From an uncultured Planctomycetia bacterium (GTDB lineage: Bacteria; Omnitrophota; Gorgyraeia; Duberdicusellales; Duberdicusellaceae), in the NCBI GenBank assembly GCA_964634935.1, contig CAZWJT010000002.1, positions 138,643-202,642 on the forward strand: a stretch of 64,000 nucleotides of DNA, in the 5' to 3' direction. Numbering within the stretch: position 1 is the stretch's first letter; each line of letters begins with the position of its first letter. Both the position numbers and the translations under genes were made by a program. Positions 38,003 to 47,736 of this stretch are shown here, in pieces. Below the pieces are notes generated by a model, which was given only the letters and a program-made list of their open reading frames with translations, ran no database searches and was not told where the DNA came from.

Positions 38003-38372
38003 GGGTATTATTCTTATTACGGTGAGCGTTATTGTAATGATGCTTGCAATTTTAGCGGTAACTGTGTTACATATTGTTGGCAGTCAAGGTCGGCAGGCCG
38101 AGCATAAAATCAAGCGAATGCGTGCGCTTTATGCTGCGCGTGCCGGGATGGTCGATGCACTTGAATACTTAAGAACACTTTCAAATATTGATGATTTAAC
38201 AAGTGGTACGCCAAATACCAAGTGTCCAGCAGCGCCCGTACCCTGTCCTGCTGCGGGGGTATGTTGTACGTATGTTATCCCAAATGTCAATCGTTATGAT
38301 GTCCGCGTTGAAATCTCCCTCGATAATCTAACAAGCAAATATAAAGTTTCAAGTAAAGTAATCTATCCTTAA
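37983..38372 (+). CDS. PilX_N-like minor-pilin-associated protein (N-terminal TM plus RALYAARAGMVDALEYL), Cys-rich C-terminus
   Basis: 129 aa. Hydrophobic segment IILITVSVIVMMLAILAVTVL followed by QAEHKIKRMRALYAARAGMVDAL, matching the PilX N-terminal motif (…A.yaAEAG…). C-terminal CPAAPVPCPAAGVCC. Confidence 0.45.
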   Translation: MVNQTRKGIILITVSVIVMMLAILAVTVLHIVGSQGRQAEHKIKRMRALYAARAGMVDALEYLRTLSNIDDLTSGTPNTKCPAAPVPCPAAGVCCTYVIPNVNRYDVRVEISLDNLTSKYKVSSKVIYP

Positions 38373-38420
38373 TGCGTCGGCCTCTGTCGTTGTCAACCAT
38401 TCCCAATAATCAATAATCTC

Positions 38421-39386
38421 ATGATAGTGCTTACCGGTGCCGCTGGCTTTATCGGAAGTTGTATTTTAGCTCATCTGAATTTACATGGAGTAGACGACAC
38501 GATTATCGTCGATCACCTCGATACAACCTCATCGTGGAAAAATCTTATCGGAAAATCTTTTTCTCGTTATCTTGATAAAAATGACCTATTTTCGTTTTTG
38601 GAAAAATCGAACTTCGCCAAAAAGATCGATCTGGTTATTCATATGGGGGCATGTTCTTCTACCACTGAAACCGATGCCGATTATTTGCTCAAAAACAATT
38701 TCCTCTATTCCCAGAACTTAGCTACATGGTGTTTTACCCGGAAAATTCGTTTCATCTATGCGTCAAGTGCTGCGGTGTATGGGGATGGCAGCCAAGGTTA
38801 TTCTGATGATCACGCGAAAACTTTCCAGCTCCGGCCGTTGAATATGTACGGATTCAGTAAGCTTTTATTTGACCAGTGGATTATCCGTAATCATTTTGAC
38901 ACACAAAGCTTAGGGATGCGATTTTTCAATGTCTATGGCCCGAATGAATATCATAAGCAAGAGATGCGCAGTGTTGCTTTAAAGGGCTATTTGCAAATCA
39001 AAAAAGACGGCCACTTGAAGCTCTTTCGGTCATACCACCCAGCTTATTTAGACGGCGAGCAAAAGCGGGATTTTATCTATGTCAAAGATATCTTGTCTAT
39101 TGTTGATTTTTTTCTCAATCATCCATCACTCGGTGGTATTTTTAATATTGGAACTGGTAACGCGTCTACCTGGAATCAGCTCGGAAAGGCTATTTTTTCG
39201 GCACTTGCACTGGAAGAAAAAATTCAGTATATTGATATGCCGGAAGATTTACGTTCGGCTTATCAGTATTATACATGCGCGGACATGGAGAAATTGAGGA
39301 ACGCAGGTTTCAGTACGAAATTATCGACTATTTTCGAAGGAATCCAGGACTACGCGAGTTATTTTAAGGAAGAACGCTACTTATAG
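38421..39386 (+). CDS. hldD: ADP-L-glycero-D-manno-heptose-6-epimerase
   Basis: MIVLTGAAGFIGS Rossmann start, catalytic S…YxxxK region (…YGFSKLLFDQW…), 321 aa; typical HldD/RfaD length and motifs. Confidence 0.8.
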   Translation: MIVLTGAAGFIGSCILAHLNLHGVDDTIIVDHLDTTSSWKNLIGKSFSRYLDKNDLFSFLEKSNFAKKIDLVIHMGACSSTTETDADYLLKNNFLYSQNLATWCFTRKIRFIYASSAAVYGDGSQGYSDDHAKTFQLRPLNMYGFSKLLFDQWIIRNHFDTQSLGMRFFNVYGPNEYHKQEMRSVALKGYLQIKKDGHLKLFRSYHPAYLDGEQKRDFIYVKDILSIVDFFLNHPSLGGIFNIGTGNASTWNQLGKAIFSALALEEKIQYIDMPEDLRSAYQYYTCADMEKLRNAGFSTKLSTIFEGIQDYASYFKEERYL

Positions 39387-39406
39387 ACATCTCAAAAGAA
39401 GGAGGG

Positions 39407-39595
39407 ATGATGATTATCGGCATGCTTTTTATTATTGCGGGGGTGCTCATGGCTTTGTATCCGCCGCTTCTTTCGATTATCATCGCTGCTCTTTGTCTCA
39501 TTATCGGCGCGCACCTCATTCTAATAAGTCTCTACTACAAACGTATTGAAAAGCGATTCAATAACCCATTCATGAATTTTTTTATTCGGTTTTAA
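39407..39595 (+). CDS. Small two-TM membrane protein (62 aa), hypothetical
   Basis: ORF with GGAGGG RBS upstream (aaggagggatgATG). Two hydrophobic helices. Confidence 0.35.
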   Translation: MMIIGMLFIIAGVLMALYPPLLSIIIAALCLIIGAHLILISLYYKRIEKRFNNPFMNFFIRF

Positions 39596-39611
39596 AAGAG
39601 AGGAGTAATCT

Positions 39612-39845
39612 ATGCCATACGATAAAAACCTCGATCAACAGTTGTACAGCGTTGATAAGATTCTGAATGTAACGAAGTTTATTGTGAGCATCTTTTCTTA
39701 CAATGAAGGGCAGAAGAAAATTCAGATTTCCCGCGAGACACAAGATTCCGACGGAAACTGGAGATTTGCCAAGCTTGGGCGTCTCACCAAAGAAGAGGCA
39801 GAAATTGTCACGGAATTAATCCAAAAAGCATTGCAAAATTTTTAA
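39612..39845 (+). CDS. Hypothetical 77-aa protein (possible PC4/YdbC-like ssDNA-binding fold)
   Basis: GAGAGG RBS-like sequence upstream. …DSDGNWRFAKLGRLTKEEAEIV… weakly resembles the bacterial PC4-like family. Confidence 0.3.
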   Translation: MPYDKNLDQQLYSVDKILNVTKFIVSIFSYNEGQKKIQISRETQDSDGNWRFAKLGRLTKEEAEIVTELIQKALQNF

Positions 39846-39885
39846 TAGCGCACACTCGGGTTTTTCATACCTCCGGCAGTTTGCA

Positions 39886-40887
39886 ATGCATACGAAGAAA
39901 AAACAACATCGAGCCCTTGGCCTTTTCTCGGGGGGTCTCGACAGTATACTTGCCTCAAAACTTATCCAGTCACAAAACATTGTCATCGAAGGAATATGTT
40001 TTACCTCTCCGTTTTTCAGTGCGGATCAGGCAAAAAGATCAGCAGACCAGCTGCATATACCACTTCGAATAGTTGATTTTACTTCTGCCCAATTTGCGTT
40101 GGTTCGAAATCCCCCGCACGGATACGGACGAAATCTCAATCCGTGTATCGATTGTCATGCGCTTATGCTCCGCAAGGCAGGAATGATCATGAAGAAAGAA
40201 AATTTCGATTTCATTTTTTCAGGAGAAGTTCTTGGAGAGCGATCGATGTCGCAAAACGCACGAACAATCCATCTTGTCGCTCAAGAGAGCGGATTTGAGC
40301 GCTTTATTCTTCGTCCATTAAGCGCACAACTTTTACCGATTACGATTCCGGAAGAACTTGGTATTGTCGACCGTACACGCCTTCTTGGAATCAGTGGGCA
40401 GTCGAGGAAGATCCAGTTTCAGTTAGCGCGCACTTACAATATTTCTTCACCGCCAACTCCTTCGGGAGGATGCCTGCTTACCGAGAAAGAATTCTGCAAA
40501 AAGTTAAAACATTTAATGGAAACTACCGATGCACCGAAAAAAAATGATTTACGCCTGTTGCGATATGGACGGCATTTCCATATTCAGAATGGCGTAAAGC
40601 TTATTCTTGGAAAAAACCAGCGGGAAAATGAATTCTTACGCTCAGTCCCGTTACGAAATAAAATCACCATTTCTGCCGAACATATACCGGGGCCAAGGGC
40701 GATTTTTACCGATAATGTTTCCCGCTCAATCCAAGAAAAAGCGGCAGAATTGGTTGTTGCTTATAGTGATGCGGGAGAAAACAAAAAAGTATCAGTTTTT
40801 ATCTCGGAGCGAGGTAAAACCAGCATAGTTTCGCTCAGAGTATCTGAAAAAACAAGAAAAAAAATTTTGTTTGAACGAATTGGATGA
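39886..40887 (+). CDS. PP-loop ATP pyrophosphatase of ThiI/MnmA type without THUMP domain (putative tRNA sulfurtransferase)
   Basis: ALGLFSGGLDSILAS PP-loop right at the N-terminus. NPCIDCH (cf. MnmA TPNPDILCN). FSGEVLGERSMSQNARTIH…ILRPL parallels ThiI TGEALGQVSSQT…ILRPL. 333 aa. Confidence 0.5.
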   Translation: MHTKKKQHRALGLFSGGLDSILASKLIQSQNIVIEGICFTSPFFSADQAKRSADQLHIPLRIVDFTSAQFALVRNPPHGYGRNLNPCIDCHALMLRKAGMIMKKENFDFIFSGEVLGERSMSQNARTIHLVAQESGFERFILRPLSAQLLPITIPEELGIVDRTRLLGISGQSRKIQFQLARTYNISSPPTPSGGCLLTEKEFCKKLKHLMETTDAPKKNDLRLLRYGRHFHIQNGVKLILGKNQRENEFLRSVPLRNKITISAEHIPGPRAIFTDNVSRSIQEKAAELVVAYSDAGENKKVSVFISERGKTSIVSLRVSEKTRKKILFERIG

Positions 40888-40960
40888 ATGTGATCAATAA
40901 AATATCCGTAATCCTTCTTGAAAAAAATAGTCCTCAGTGTAGAATCGTTAGTGTTTTACT

Positions 40961-41479
40961 ATGAATACACGATTGGAAAAAAACATTTTTTTAGTTGGTT
41001 TTATGGGCACAGGGAAAACAACGGTAGGTAAAATTCTCGCACAGCGCTTGGAATATCAGTTTTTCGATATCGATGCTTCCATTGAAGACCAAGAAAGAAG
41101 AACGATCGCTGCAATTTTTCAACAGCAAGGCGAAGTCTATTTTAGATTGCTGGAAAAAAAACTGTTATTCTCGATGGATGGGAAAACGCGAGTTGTTGTT
41201 TCCTGCGGTGGAGGAATTATCCTGGACCGCGAAAACAGAAATTTCATAAATACACGCGGGATAAGTGTTTGTCTTTCCGCGACCGTGGAAACAATCTGCA
41301 ACCGGCTTAAAAACTCCGTGGATCGACCACTCCTTGCCGTAGAAAATCCTCAGGAAAAAATTCATCAACTTCTTGCTGAGAGACATGAATTTTACAGCCA
41401 GGTGCCGATTCAAATCGATACAACCTATCTATCGGCAGAACAGGTTGCCGAAACAATCATCGAGGCAGCTTTGCTATGA
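40961..41479 (+). CDS. aroK: Shikimate kinase
   Basis: IFLVGFMGTGKTTVGKILAQRL Walker A, 172 aa, SK family pattern (…FFDIDA…, …VVSCGGG…). Confidence 0.85.
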   Translation: MNTRLEKNIFLVGFMGTGKTTVGKILAQRLEYQFFDIDASIEDQERRTIAAIFQQQGEVYFRLLEKKLLFSMDGKTRVVVSCGGGIILDRENRNFINTRGISVCLSATVETICNRLKNSVDRPLLAVENPQEKIHQLLAERHEFYSQVPIQIDTTYLSAEQVAETIIEAALL

Positions 41480-42540
41480 GAACGAAAGCTTGTCTACTTC
41501 TCAATATGGTGCCTGGGTTACGGGTAAATATCGCGGCCGATTTCTTGCGTAGCGTAAGTACGGACGATCAAATATTTTCGTTTGGCGTGTCAGACTTTAT
41601 CGAACACGGGATTAATCCCTTATCTGCTGAAAAAATACTCCAAATACGAAAGAGCGGTTGCCTGGAGTCAGAATATGCTGCTTTGCAATCCCAAGAAATA
41701 ACAGTGATCACCATTTTTGATGAAGAGTATCCTCAACTACTCCGTGAGATTTCGGATCCGCCGCTTGTCCTGTATCTTAAAGGAAACCCTCAGGTACTCA
41801 AAAAGAAATGTTTTGCTGTTGTTGGATGTCGGCTTGCATCGGCATACGGCCTAAGTTGCGCAGAAAAATTTTCCTATGAATTGGGCGCCTATGGCTTTGT
41901 TATCGTTTCTGGTTTAGCCAGAGGTATTGACACAGCGGCTCATTTAGGATCTCTTAGAACTTCGCAAACTATTGCAGTTTTGGGCTGTGGTTTACATCAA
42001 ATATATCCGAGTGAGAATGCGTCACTTGCCGAGCGAATCATTCAGAATGGATGTTTGATTTCAGAATTTCCGCTGAATACCAAACCCCTGCGTGAGCATT
42101 TTCCAAGACGCAATCGCATTATCAGCGGTTTGTCGCATGGCATATTGGTGGTTGAAGCTGCTCAACGAAGCGGCTCGTTAATCACCGCTCACTATGCAGC
42201 TGAGCAAGGCCGGGAAGTTTTTGCCGTTCCTGGCCCGATTACTTCACCACAAAGTCAAGGAGTTCATCAGCTCTTAAAGGAAGGTGCGAAACTTGTAGAA
42301 AATATTGAGGACATACTTGCTGAATTTGGCATCTTTGACGCGAAAGTTCATGGCGAAAGCGCTGTTCTTTCAGTACAAGAAGAATCAGTTCTTTCAATTC
42401 TCAAAGAACGCGAAAAAACCATTGACGATATTATGCTGGAAAGCAGTTTGAGTGTTTCCGATGCCCTTGAATGCCTATTCCATTTACAAGAAAAACACCT
42501 TGTCAAAGAATTGCCGGGAAAATGGTACACAAAAATCTAG
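41476..42540 (+). CDS. dprA: DNA processing protein DprA (Smf)
   Basis: Rossmann-like DprA core VVGCRLASAYGL…SGLARGIDTAAHLGSL…VVEAAQRSGSLITAHYAAEQGREVFAVPG plus a C-terminal wH domain. Overlaps the aroK stop by 4 nt. Confidence 0.85.
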   Translation: MRTKACLLLNMVPGLRVNIAADFLRSVSTDDQIFSFGVSDFIEHGINPLSAEKILQIRKSGCLESEYAALQSQEITVITIFDEEYPQLLREISDPPLVLYLKGNPQVLKKKCFAVVGCRLASAYGLSCAEKFSYELGAYGFVIVSGLARGIDTAAHLGSLRTSQTIAVLGCGLHQIYPSENASLAERIIQNGCLISEFPLNTKPLREHFPRRNRIISGLSHGILVVEAAQRSGSLITAHYAAEQGREVFAVPGPITSPQSQGVHQLLKEGAKLVENIEDILAEFGIFDAKVHGESAVLSVQEESVLSILKEREKTIDDIMLESSLSVSDALECLFHLQEKHLVKELPGKWYTKI

Positions 42541-42549
42541 GAGTGCAAC

Positions 42550-44574
42550 ATGTCAGTTAAGCGGGCTTTAGTGATTGTGGAATCTCCGACGAAAGCGCGC
42601 ACGATCGGCGGCTTTTTAGGGGAAAGTTTTAAAGTTATTTCGTCGATGGGGCATTGTGTTGATTTACCCAGTAGTAAACTCGGAATAGATGTCGAGAATG
42701 ATTTTTTCCCTCATTATAAAGTCATTAAAGGTAAAGAAAAAATCATTCGGACGATCAAAAAAGAAGTAAAAAATTCTGATCCTATTTATCTCGCTACGGA
42801 TCCCGATCGTGAAGGCGAGGCAATCAGTTGGCACATACGAAATATTCTTTCTGTAAAAAACGAAACGAAGAAATTTTTTCGCGTTGTTTTTCACGAAATT
42901 ACCAAAGAAGCAATTTTAAGCTCATTCCAAAACCCGTCGGATATTGACCAGAATATGGTCAACGCCCAACAAACCAGGAGAATTCTTGATCGTATTGTTG
43001 GATATTTTCTCTCTCCATTCTTATGGAAGAAAATAGTTCGCGGTCTTTCGGCAGGGCGAGTTCAATCTGTAGCCCTCAAGTTTATTGTCGACAGAGAAAA
43101 AAAGGTTTCAGAATTCATTCCAAAAACTTTTTATCATATCGATGCTTTTTTTGAAAAGGATGGAGTACGATTTAAAGCACGCCTTACCAAGAATTCCGGA
43201 AAACCAATAATCATTGACAGCTTGGATGAAGCGGAGCGTATTCGGAAAATTCTTCAAACCACTTGTTTCAAGGTCGACGGAATAAAGGAGAACACTTCTC
43301 ATCGTAAGCCACAGCCTCCTTTTATCACGTCTTCTTTGCAACAAGAAGCATTCCGTCGGTTTCATTTTTCTTCGGCGAAAACAATGCTTCTAGCCCAGCG
43401 TCTCTACGAAGGAATCGAGCTGGGTGAGGGTCTCGTAGGCCTTATTACCTATATGCGTACCGATTCATTCTCGATTTCGCCCAAAGCTGAGCAAGAGGTT
43501 CAACAATATATTGAAGAATTATATGGAACGAAATACCTCCCGGAAAAACCACATTTTTTTAAAGGGAAGACGTACGCTCAGCATGCTCATGAAGCCATTC
43601 GGCCAACCGGACTTTCTCGAACTCCTTCTTCCATTGCGAACTTTCTTGATGCTGACGCCAGCCGTCTTTATGAAATAATTTGGAATAGGTTTTTAGCTTC
43701 TCGGATGAAGGAGGCGGAAGTGCTGACGACGCAAGTTCGCTGGTCTGCTGCCGAATATGAATTCTTGACTGTTGGGATGAAGCTTATTTTCGATGGTTTC
43801 TTAAAAACCTACGGAGAGCCAGTCACGGAAGAATTGCTTCCTGCTCTTCAGGTGGGCTTAGAACTTACCCCTGTAGAAATTACGATTGACGAAGGCAAGA
43901 CAAAGCCACCAGCCCGTTTTAATGACGCATCGCTAGTTCGCCTCCTCGAAGAAAAAGGCATCGGACGACCTTCAACATATGCCCCTACGATTTCTACTCT
44001 CCTGGCCCGTAACTATATGCGAAGAATTAATAATGCGTTTGTTCCTACGGAATTAGGTATTTTGGTTATCAAGCTGCTCGATGAATATTTTAAAAAGATA
44101 ATCGACGAGAATTTTACCGCGGAAATGGAGAAGAATCTCGATCTGGTAGAAGATGCCAAGGTTTCTGGCAACGAGATTTTACATCGATTTTACCCTGAAT
44201 TTTTGAAGGAAATTGAGCATGCAACGGCAACCGCTCAAAAAGTTGTCGAATACGCGGACAGCACTTGTGAGCTATGCGGTAAGCCGATGGTTATCAAATG
44301 GTCTAGGCGCGGTAAATTTTTGAGTTGTTCGGGGTACCCTCAGTGTAAACATGCCAAACCTCTTACTACGCGGGTTAAATGTCCACAGTGTGACGGGGAA
44401 TTGATTGAACGTCGCAATAAGCGAGGGCAGCGGTTTTTTGGTTGTTCGAAGTTTCCGCAATGTCGTTTTACGAGCAGTCATCTTCCCGAGCAAGAAACAG
44501 TTCCTACAGACCAAGGAGCAACCCATACGCCATCCGGGAACACACCCGAAGAAAACAGACAAGGTATCACATGA
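42550..44574 (+). CDS. topA: DNA topoisomerase I with C-terminal zinc-ribbon repeats
   Basis: Toprim ALVIVESPTKARTI. Catalytic Tyr region GLITYMRTDS. Three C4 ribbons (CELCGKP…CSGYPQC, CPQCDG…CSKFPQC). 674 aa. Confidence 0.9.
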   Translation: MSVKRALVIVESPTKARTIGGFLGESFKVISSMGHCVDLPSSKLGIDVENDFFPHYKVIKGKEKIIRTIKKEVKNSDPIYLATDPDREGEAISWHIRNILSVKNETKKFFRVVFHEITKEAILSSFQNPSDIDQNMVNAQQTRRILDRIVGYFLSPFLWKKIVRGLSAGRVQSVALKFIVDREKKVSEFIPKTFYHIDAFFEKDGVRFKARLTKNSGKPIIIDSLDEAERIRKILQTTCFKVDGIKENTSHRKPQPPFITSSLQQEAFRRFHFSSAKTMLLAQRLYEGIELGEGLVGLITYMRTDSFSISPKAEQEVQQYIEELYGTKYLPEKPHFFKGKTYAQHAHEAIRPTGLSRTPSSIANFLDADASRLYEIIWNRFLASRMKEAEVLTTQVRWSAAEYEFLTVGMKLIFDGFLKTYGEPVTEELLPALQVGLELTPVEITIDEGKTKPPARFNDASLVRLLEEKGIGRPSTYAPTISTLLARNYMRRINNAFVPTELGILVIKLLDEYFKKIIDENFTAEMEKNLDLVEDAKVSGNEILHRFYPEFLKEIEHATATAQKVVEYADSTCELCGKPMVIKWSRRGKFLSCSGYPQCKHAKPLTTRVKCPQCDGELIERRNKRGQRFFGCSKFPQCRFTSSHLPEQETVPTDQGATHTPSGNTPEENRQGIT

Positions 44575-45443
44575 GTGAGTTTGCGAGATATATTGAAAAA
44601 TTTCTAACATATCTTGAAATTGAAAAGAACTACTCGCTGCATACCCGCTTGAATTATGAGAAAGATCTGCGAGATTTTACCCCCTTTACTACTGAGCCCG
44701 TTGAAAAAATATCCTATGTTTCGATTCGGAGGTTTCTCGCCGCCGAGAACGCTCGAAATTTAAGCAAACGGACAATCTCGCGAAAGATATCAACCTTAAA
44801 AAGTTTTTTTAAGTTTCTTCTTCGGGAGGGGTATCTCAAGGCAAACCCGGCTGCGGCTGTTGTTTATCCACGGCTAGAAAAAACATTGCCAAAGTTTCTC
44901 ACGGAAGTTGAGATGAAAAGATTTATTGACTCCATTCCTGTTGATACAGTTCGTCATATTCGGGATCGTGCCATTTTTGAGCTGCTCTATACTTCCGGCG
45001 TACGTATTTCGGAAATGCTCAATCTTACTCTTGATGATATTGATTTGGTAAGCGGAGTCATTGTCGTAAAAGGGAAAGGGAAGAAGGAGCGCCTTCTCCC
45101 CTTGGGAGAGCCTGCTCAACGCATAGTGCAGTTGTATCTTGAGAAACGCTCGGGGAAAGACAATTTTTTAATACAGAATAGGTTTGGGAAAAAAATTTCA
45201 GCGGTTGGCATCCGAAAAATTATGGATGCATGGATTGCAAAGCTTTCATTTTCTCGACATATATCTCCCCATATGTTCCGCCATTCTTTTGCAACACATC
45301 TTTTGAATCGTGGCGCAGACTTGCGGAGCGTTCAGGAGCTTTTAGGGCATTCAAATATCTCGACCACCCAGATTTATACGCATCTTACCACTGAACGATT
45401 AAAGTCGGTATATGATGCTGCGCATCCGCGGGCGCGCAGGTAA
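44571..45443 (+). CDS. Tyrosine site-specific recombinase, XerC/XerD family
   Basis: R…K…RHSFATHLLNRGADLRSVQELLGHSNISTTQIYTHL catalytic block (R-H-R-Y). The ATG at 44571 overlaps the topA stop (ATGA). The track ORF start at 44442 is an extension inside topA. Confidence 0.85.
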   Translation: MSEFARYIEKFLTYLEIEKNYSLHTRLNYEKDLRDFTPFTTEPVEKISYVSIRRFLAAENARNLSKRTISRKISTLKSFFKFLLREGYLKANPAAAVVYPRLEKTLPKFLTEVEMKRFIDSIPVDTVRHIRDRAIFELLYTSGVRISEMLNLTLDDIDLVSGVIVVKGKGKKERLLPLGEPAQRIVQLYLEKRSGKDNFLIQNRFGKKISAVGIRKIMDAWIAKLSFSRHISPHMFRHSFATHLLNRGADLRSVQELLGHSNISTTQIYTHLTTERLKSVYDAAHPRARR

Positions 45444-45449
45444 ACAATA

Positions 45450-46733
45450 ATGAGTAGCATCTATAGATTATTATACGATGTTTTGTTTTTGTGCGGAGGA
45501 TTATTGTATTTTTTCAAATATTTGCTCCGCGGAAGGATTCGGCGTGAATTCTTTAAGCGATGCGGATTTTTTGTGAAAGATGATTTTCTTAAGCTTTCCC
45601 ATGCGGAAAATTCTATTTGGATTCATGCAGTAAGCGTTGGGGAAGTTGCCCTTGTTCGCGGATTTCTCCCAATTATACACCAAAAATTCCCCAATGTTCC
45701 TGTTGTTCTTTCGGTGATTACGCCTTCGGGATATGAAGCGGCCCAGGTATTTTTGCGCAATCATGTTGCGCACGTTTTTTTTGCCCCGATAGACCTTAGT
45801 TTTGTAACAAAAAAAATGGTTCACGCGGTAAAACCAAAAATTTTCATCGCAATTGAAACTGAATTATGGCCTATGCTTTATTATCAGCTCTGGAAAATGA
45901 AGGTTCCCATTATTATTTTGAATGGACGCATTTCTGACAAAAGCTTCCGGCGTTACCAAAAACTGCGGTTTGTCTTACATTTTCTTTTTCGCTGGATCAC
46001 TCTGATCGCTGCTCAAGATTCACTTGCCCATGAAAGATTTCTTGCCTTGGGTGCATCTGACCGTAAAACAAAAACTGTCGGAAATTTAAAGTACCTTGCG
46101 GTAACTTGTTCGGAGGAGCGCATAGCGGAAGTAACGAAACATTGGCGATTCATAAGCGGGATTGAGTCATATCAGGTTATTCTGGCTGCAAGCACCCATT
46201 TTCCCGAAGAAAAATTTGTTTTTGAGGCATTTCAAAAAGTACGCGAGCGCTTTCCAAAGGTAGTTTTGCTTCTCTGTCCGCGACATCGCGAACGAGCTCA
46301 GGAGGTATTCAAAGAATCTCTTGCATGCGGATTTTCGTGCGAACGCTTTAGCACCTTAACCACACAAAGGAAAGAGGTGTATATTCTTGATACAATCGGA
46401 GATCTTTTTTATTCTTACTCCTTCTCCGATGTTGTTTTTTTGGGTGGAAGCCTGGTTCCCGCAGGCGGGCACAATATCATCGAACCAGCATATTTTGCTA
46501 AACCCGTAATTGTTGGGCCGCACACGTATAATTTCTCAGAAATAGTTAATACTTTTATTTCGGAAAAAGCTCTTCTTAAAATTGATGGTCCGGAGCAACT
46601 CCCCGAAGCCTTTTTACTGATGCTTGAAAACAGCCAGCTGGCTCATGAACTTGGTACCCGTGCCCATGAGGTTGTGCGCAAGAAACAGGATTCTTTACGG
46701 AGAAACATTGAAACTGTATTTGATGAAAAATAA
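45450..46733 (+). CDS. waaA: 3-deoxy-D-manno-octulosonic acid (Kdo) transferase
   Basis: IWIHAVSVGEVALVRGFLPIIHQKFPNVPVVLSVITPSG matches the WaaA N-domain signature (…HAVSVGE…). 427 aa GT-B fold. Confidence 0.85.
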   Translation: MSSIYRLLYDVLFLCGGLLYFFKYLLRGRIRREFFKRCGFFVKDDFLKLSHAENSIWIHAVSVGEVALVRGFLPIIHQKFPNVPVVLSVITPSGYEAAQVFLRNHVAHVFFAPIDLSFVTKKMVHAVKPKIFIAIETELWPMLYYQLWKMKVPIIILNGRISDKSFRRYQKLRFVLHFLFRWITLIAAQDSLAHERFLALGASDRKTKTVGNLKYLAVTCSEERIAEVTKHWRFISGIESYQVILAASTHFPEEKFVFEAFQKVRERFPKVVLLLCPRHRERAQEVFKESLACGFSCERFSTLTTQRKEVYILDTIGDLFYSYSFSDVVFLGGSLVPAGGHNIIEPAYFAKPVIVGPHTYNFSEIVNTFISEKALLKIDGPEQLPEAFLLMLENSQLAHELGTRAHEVVRKKQDSLRRNIETVFDEK

Positions 46734-47736
46734 AATCATTTTCTTTTATTTGCGGCTTATCCATTCTTCCCCAAGAAACGTTCTTTCGGCTCTTTTGTGT
46801 TTTTTTCTACGAGCCCTGTCATTTCTCTACGGAATTGTTGTTTTCTTAGTTGATAGACTTTATGCTTACCCTATATTTCAGCATGAAACATCGCTTAAAA
46901 TTGTCAGTATTGGAAATATTACATGGGGAGGCACTGGAAAAACTTCTCTGATACTGCTTTTAGCCAAGATATTGGCGCAAACACAAAGAGTGTGCGTTTT
47001 GACTCAGGGGTATGGGAAAGATGAAGATTTTTTGTTGCGGAAACACCTGAATCCTTTGGGAATCGACGTTTTTTCTCAAAAAGACCGTTTGCGTAAAATC
47101 AAAACCTTGGAAGGAAAATACGATATTGTTTTTCTTGATGACGGGTTCCAGTATAGAAAAGTGAAGCATACCGTCGATATTGTTGTATTGAATGCCGTTG
47201 AGCCGCTCGGAAATGGTTTTTTGATACCGAGGGGACAGTTACGAGAACCGATTACTGCCCTGAAACGCGCTCATATTTTTTTCATCAACCATTCGTTGTC
47301 AAAAAATGATTTATCCGAGCAATTAAAGCCCTATGTGTCTATCAAGCCAATGTTTCAAGGTTACTATGAGGCAGATTTTTTGTACGACCAAAATAACCAG
47401 CGTTATTCTCTTGGTTTTTTATCAGATAAGCCGTTTTTGGCTTTTTGCGCCATTGGTTATCCCGATGGGTTTCAACAAATCCTTGCACGCAATAATCTTC
47501 ATCCAAAGCATTTTCGCGCATTTCCAGACCATGCTCATTTAACTCATGCTGAATTTTTAAAGCTCGAACGTTACTGTTATCAGGAAAAAATACGCTATAT
47601 CGTGATTACTGAAAAGGACGCGTATCGTTTCCGAAACTATAGCACCCGACTTTGTATCTTGGTTTTATCAGTAAGTCTCTTTGTCGATAGAAAAAAGGAG
47701 TTCATCGATGAGTTGGCTCGCTTATTATCTTTGTAA
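46723..47736 (+). CDS. lpxK: Tetraacyldisaccharide 4'-kinase
   Basis: …PIFQHETSLKIVSIGNITWGGTGKTSL… (LpxK P-loop VGNLTVGGTGKTP pattern). The ATG at 46723 overlaps the waaA stop. Confidence 0.8.
   Translation: MKNKIIFFYLRLIHSSPRNVLSALLCFFLRALSFLYGIVVFLVDRLYAYPIFQHETSLKIVSIGNITWGGTGKTSLILLLAKILAQTQRVCVLTQGYGKDEDFLLRKHLNPLGIDVFSQKDRLRKIKTLEGKYDIVFLDDGFQYRKVKHTVDIVVLNAVEPLGNGFLIPRGQLREPITALKRAHIFFINHSLSKNDLSEQLKPYVSIKPMFQGYYEADFLYDQNNQRYSLGFLSDKPFLAFCAIGYPDGFQQILARNNLHPKHFRAFPDHAHLTHAEFLKLERYCYQEKIRYIVITEKDAYRFRNYSTRLCILVLSVSLFVDRKKEFIDELARLLSL

Noticed and set aside
37983-38372. Calling this small protein a true type IV pilin
   Set aside because: It has no class III signal peptide (G/A-F-T-L-I-E) or conserved Glu5. 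Only the PilX_N-like helix motif is present, so it is reported as PilX_N-like rather than as a pilin.
44571-45443. Tyrosine recombinase as a possible marker of an integrated mobile element or genomic island next to the tRNA-rich region
   Set aside because: It has the full XerC/XerD catalytic block and sits in the conserved housekeeping dprA-topA-xer context with translational overlap. No flanking direct repeats, phage or IS genes are present.
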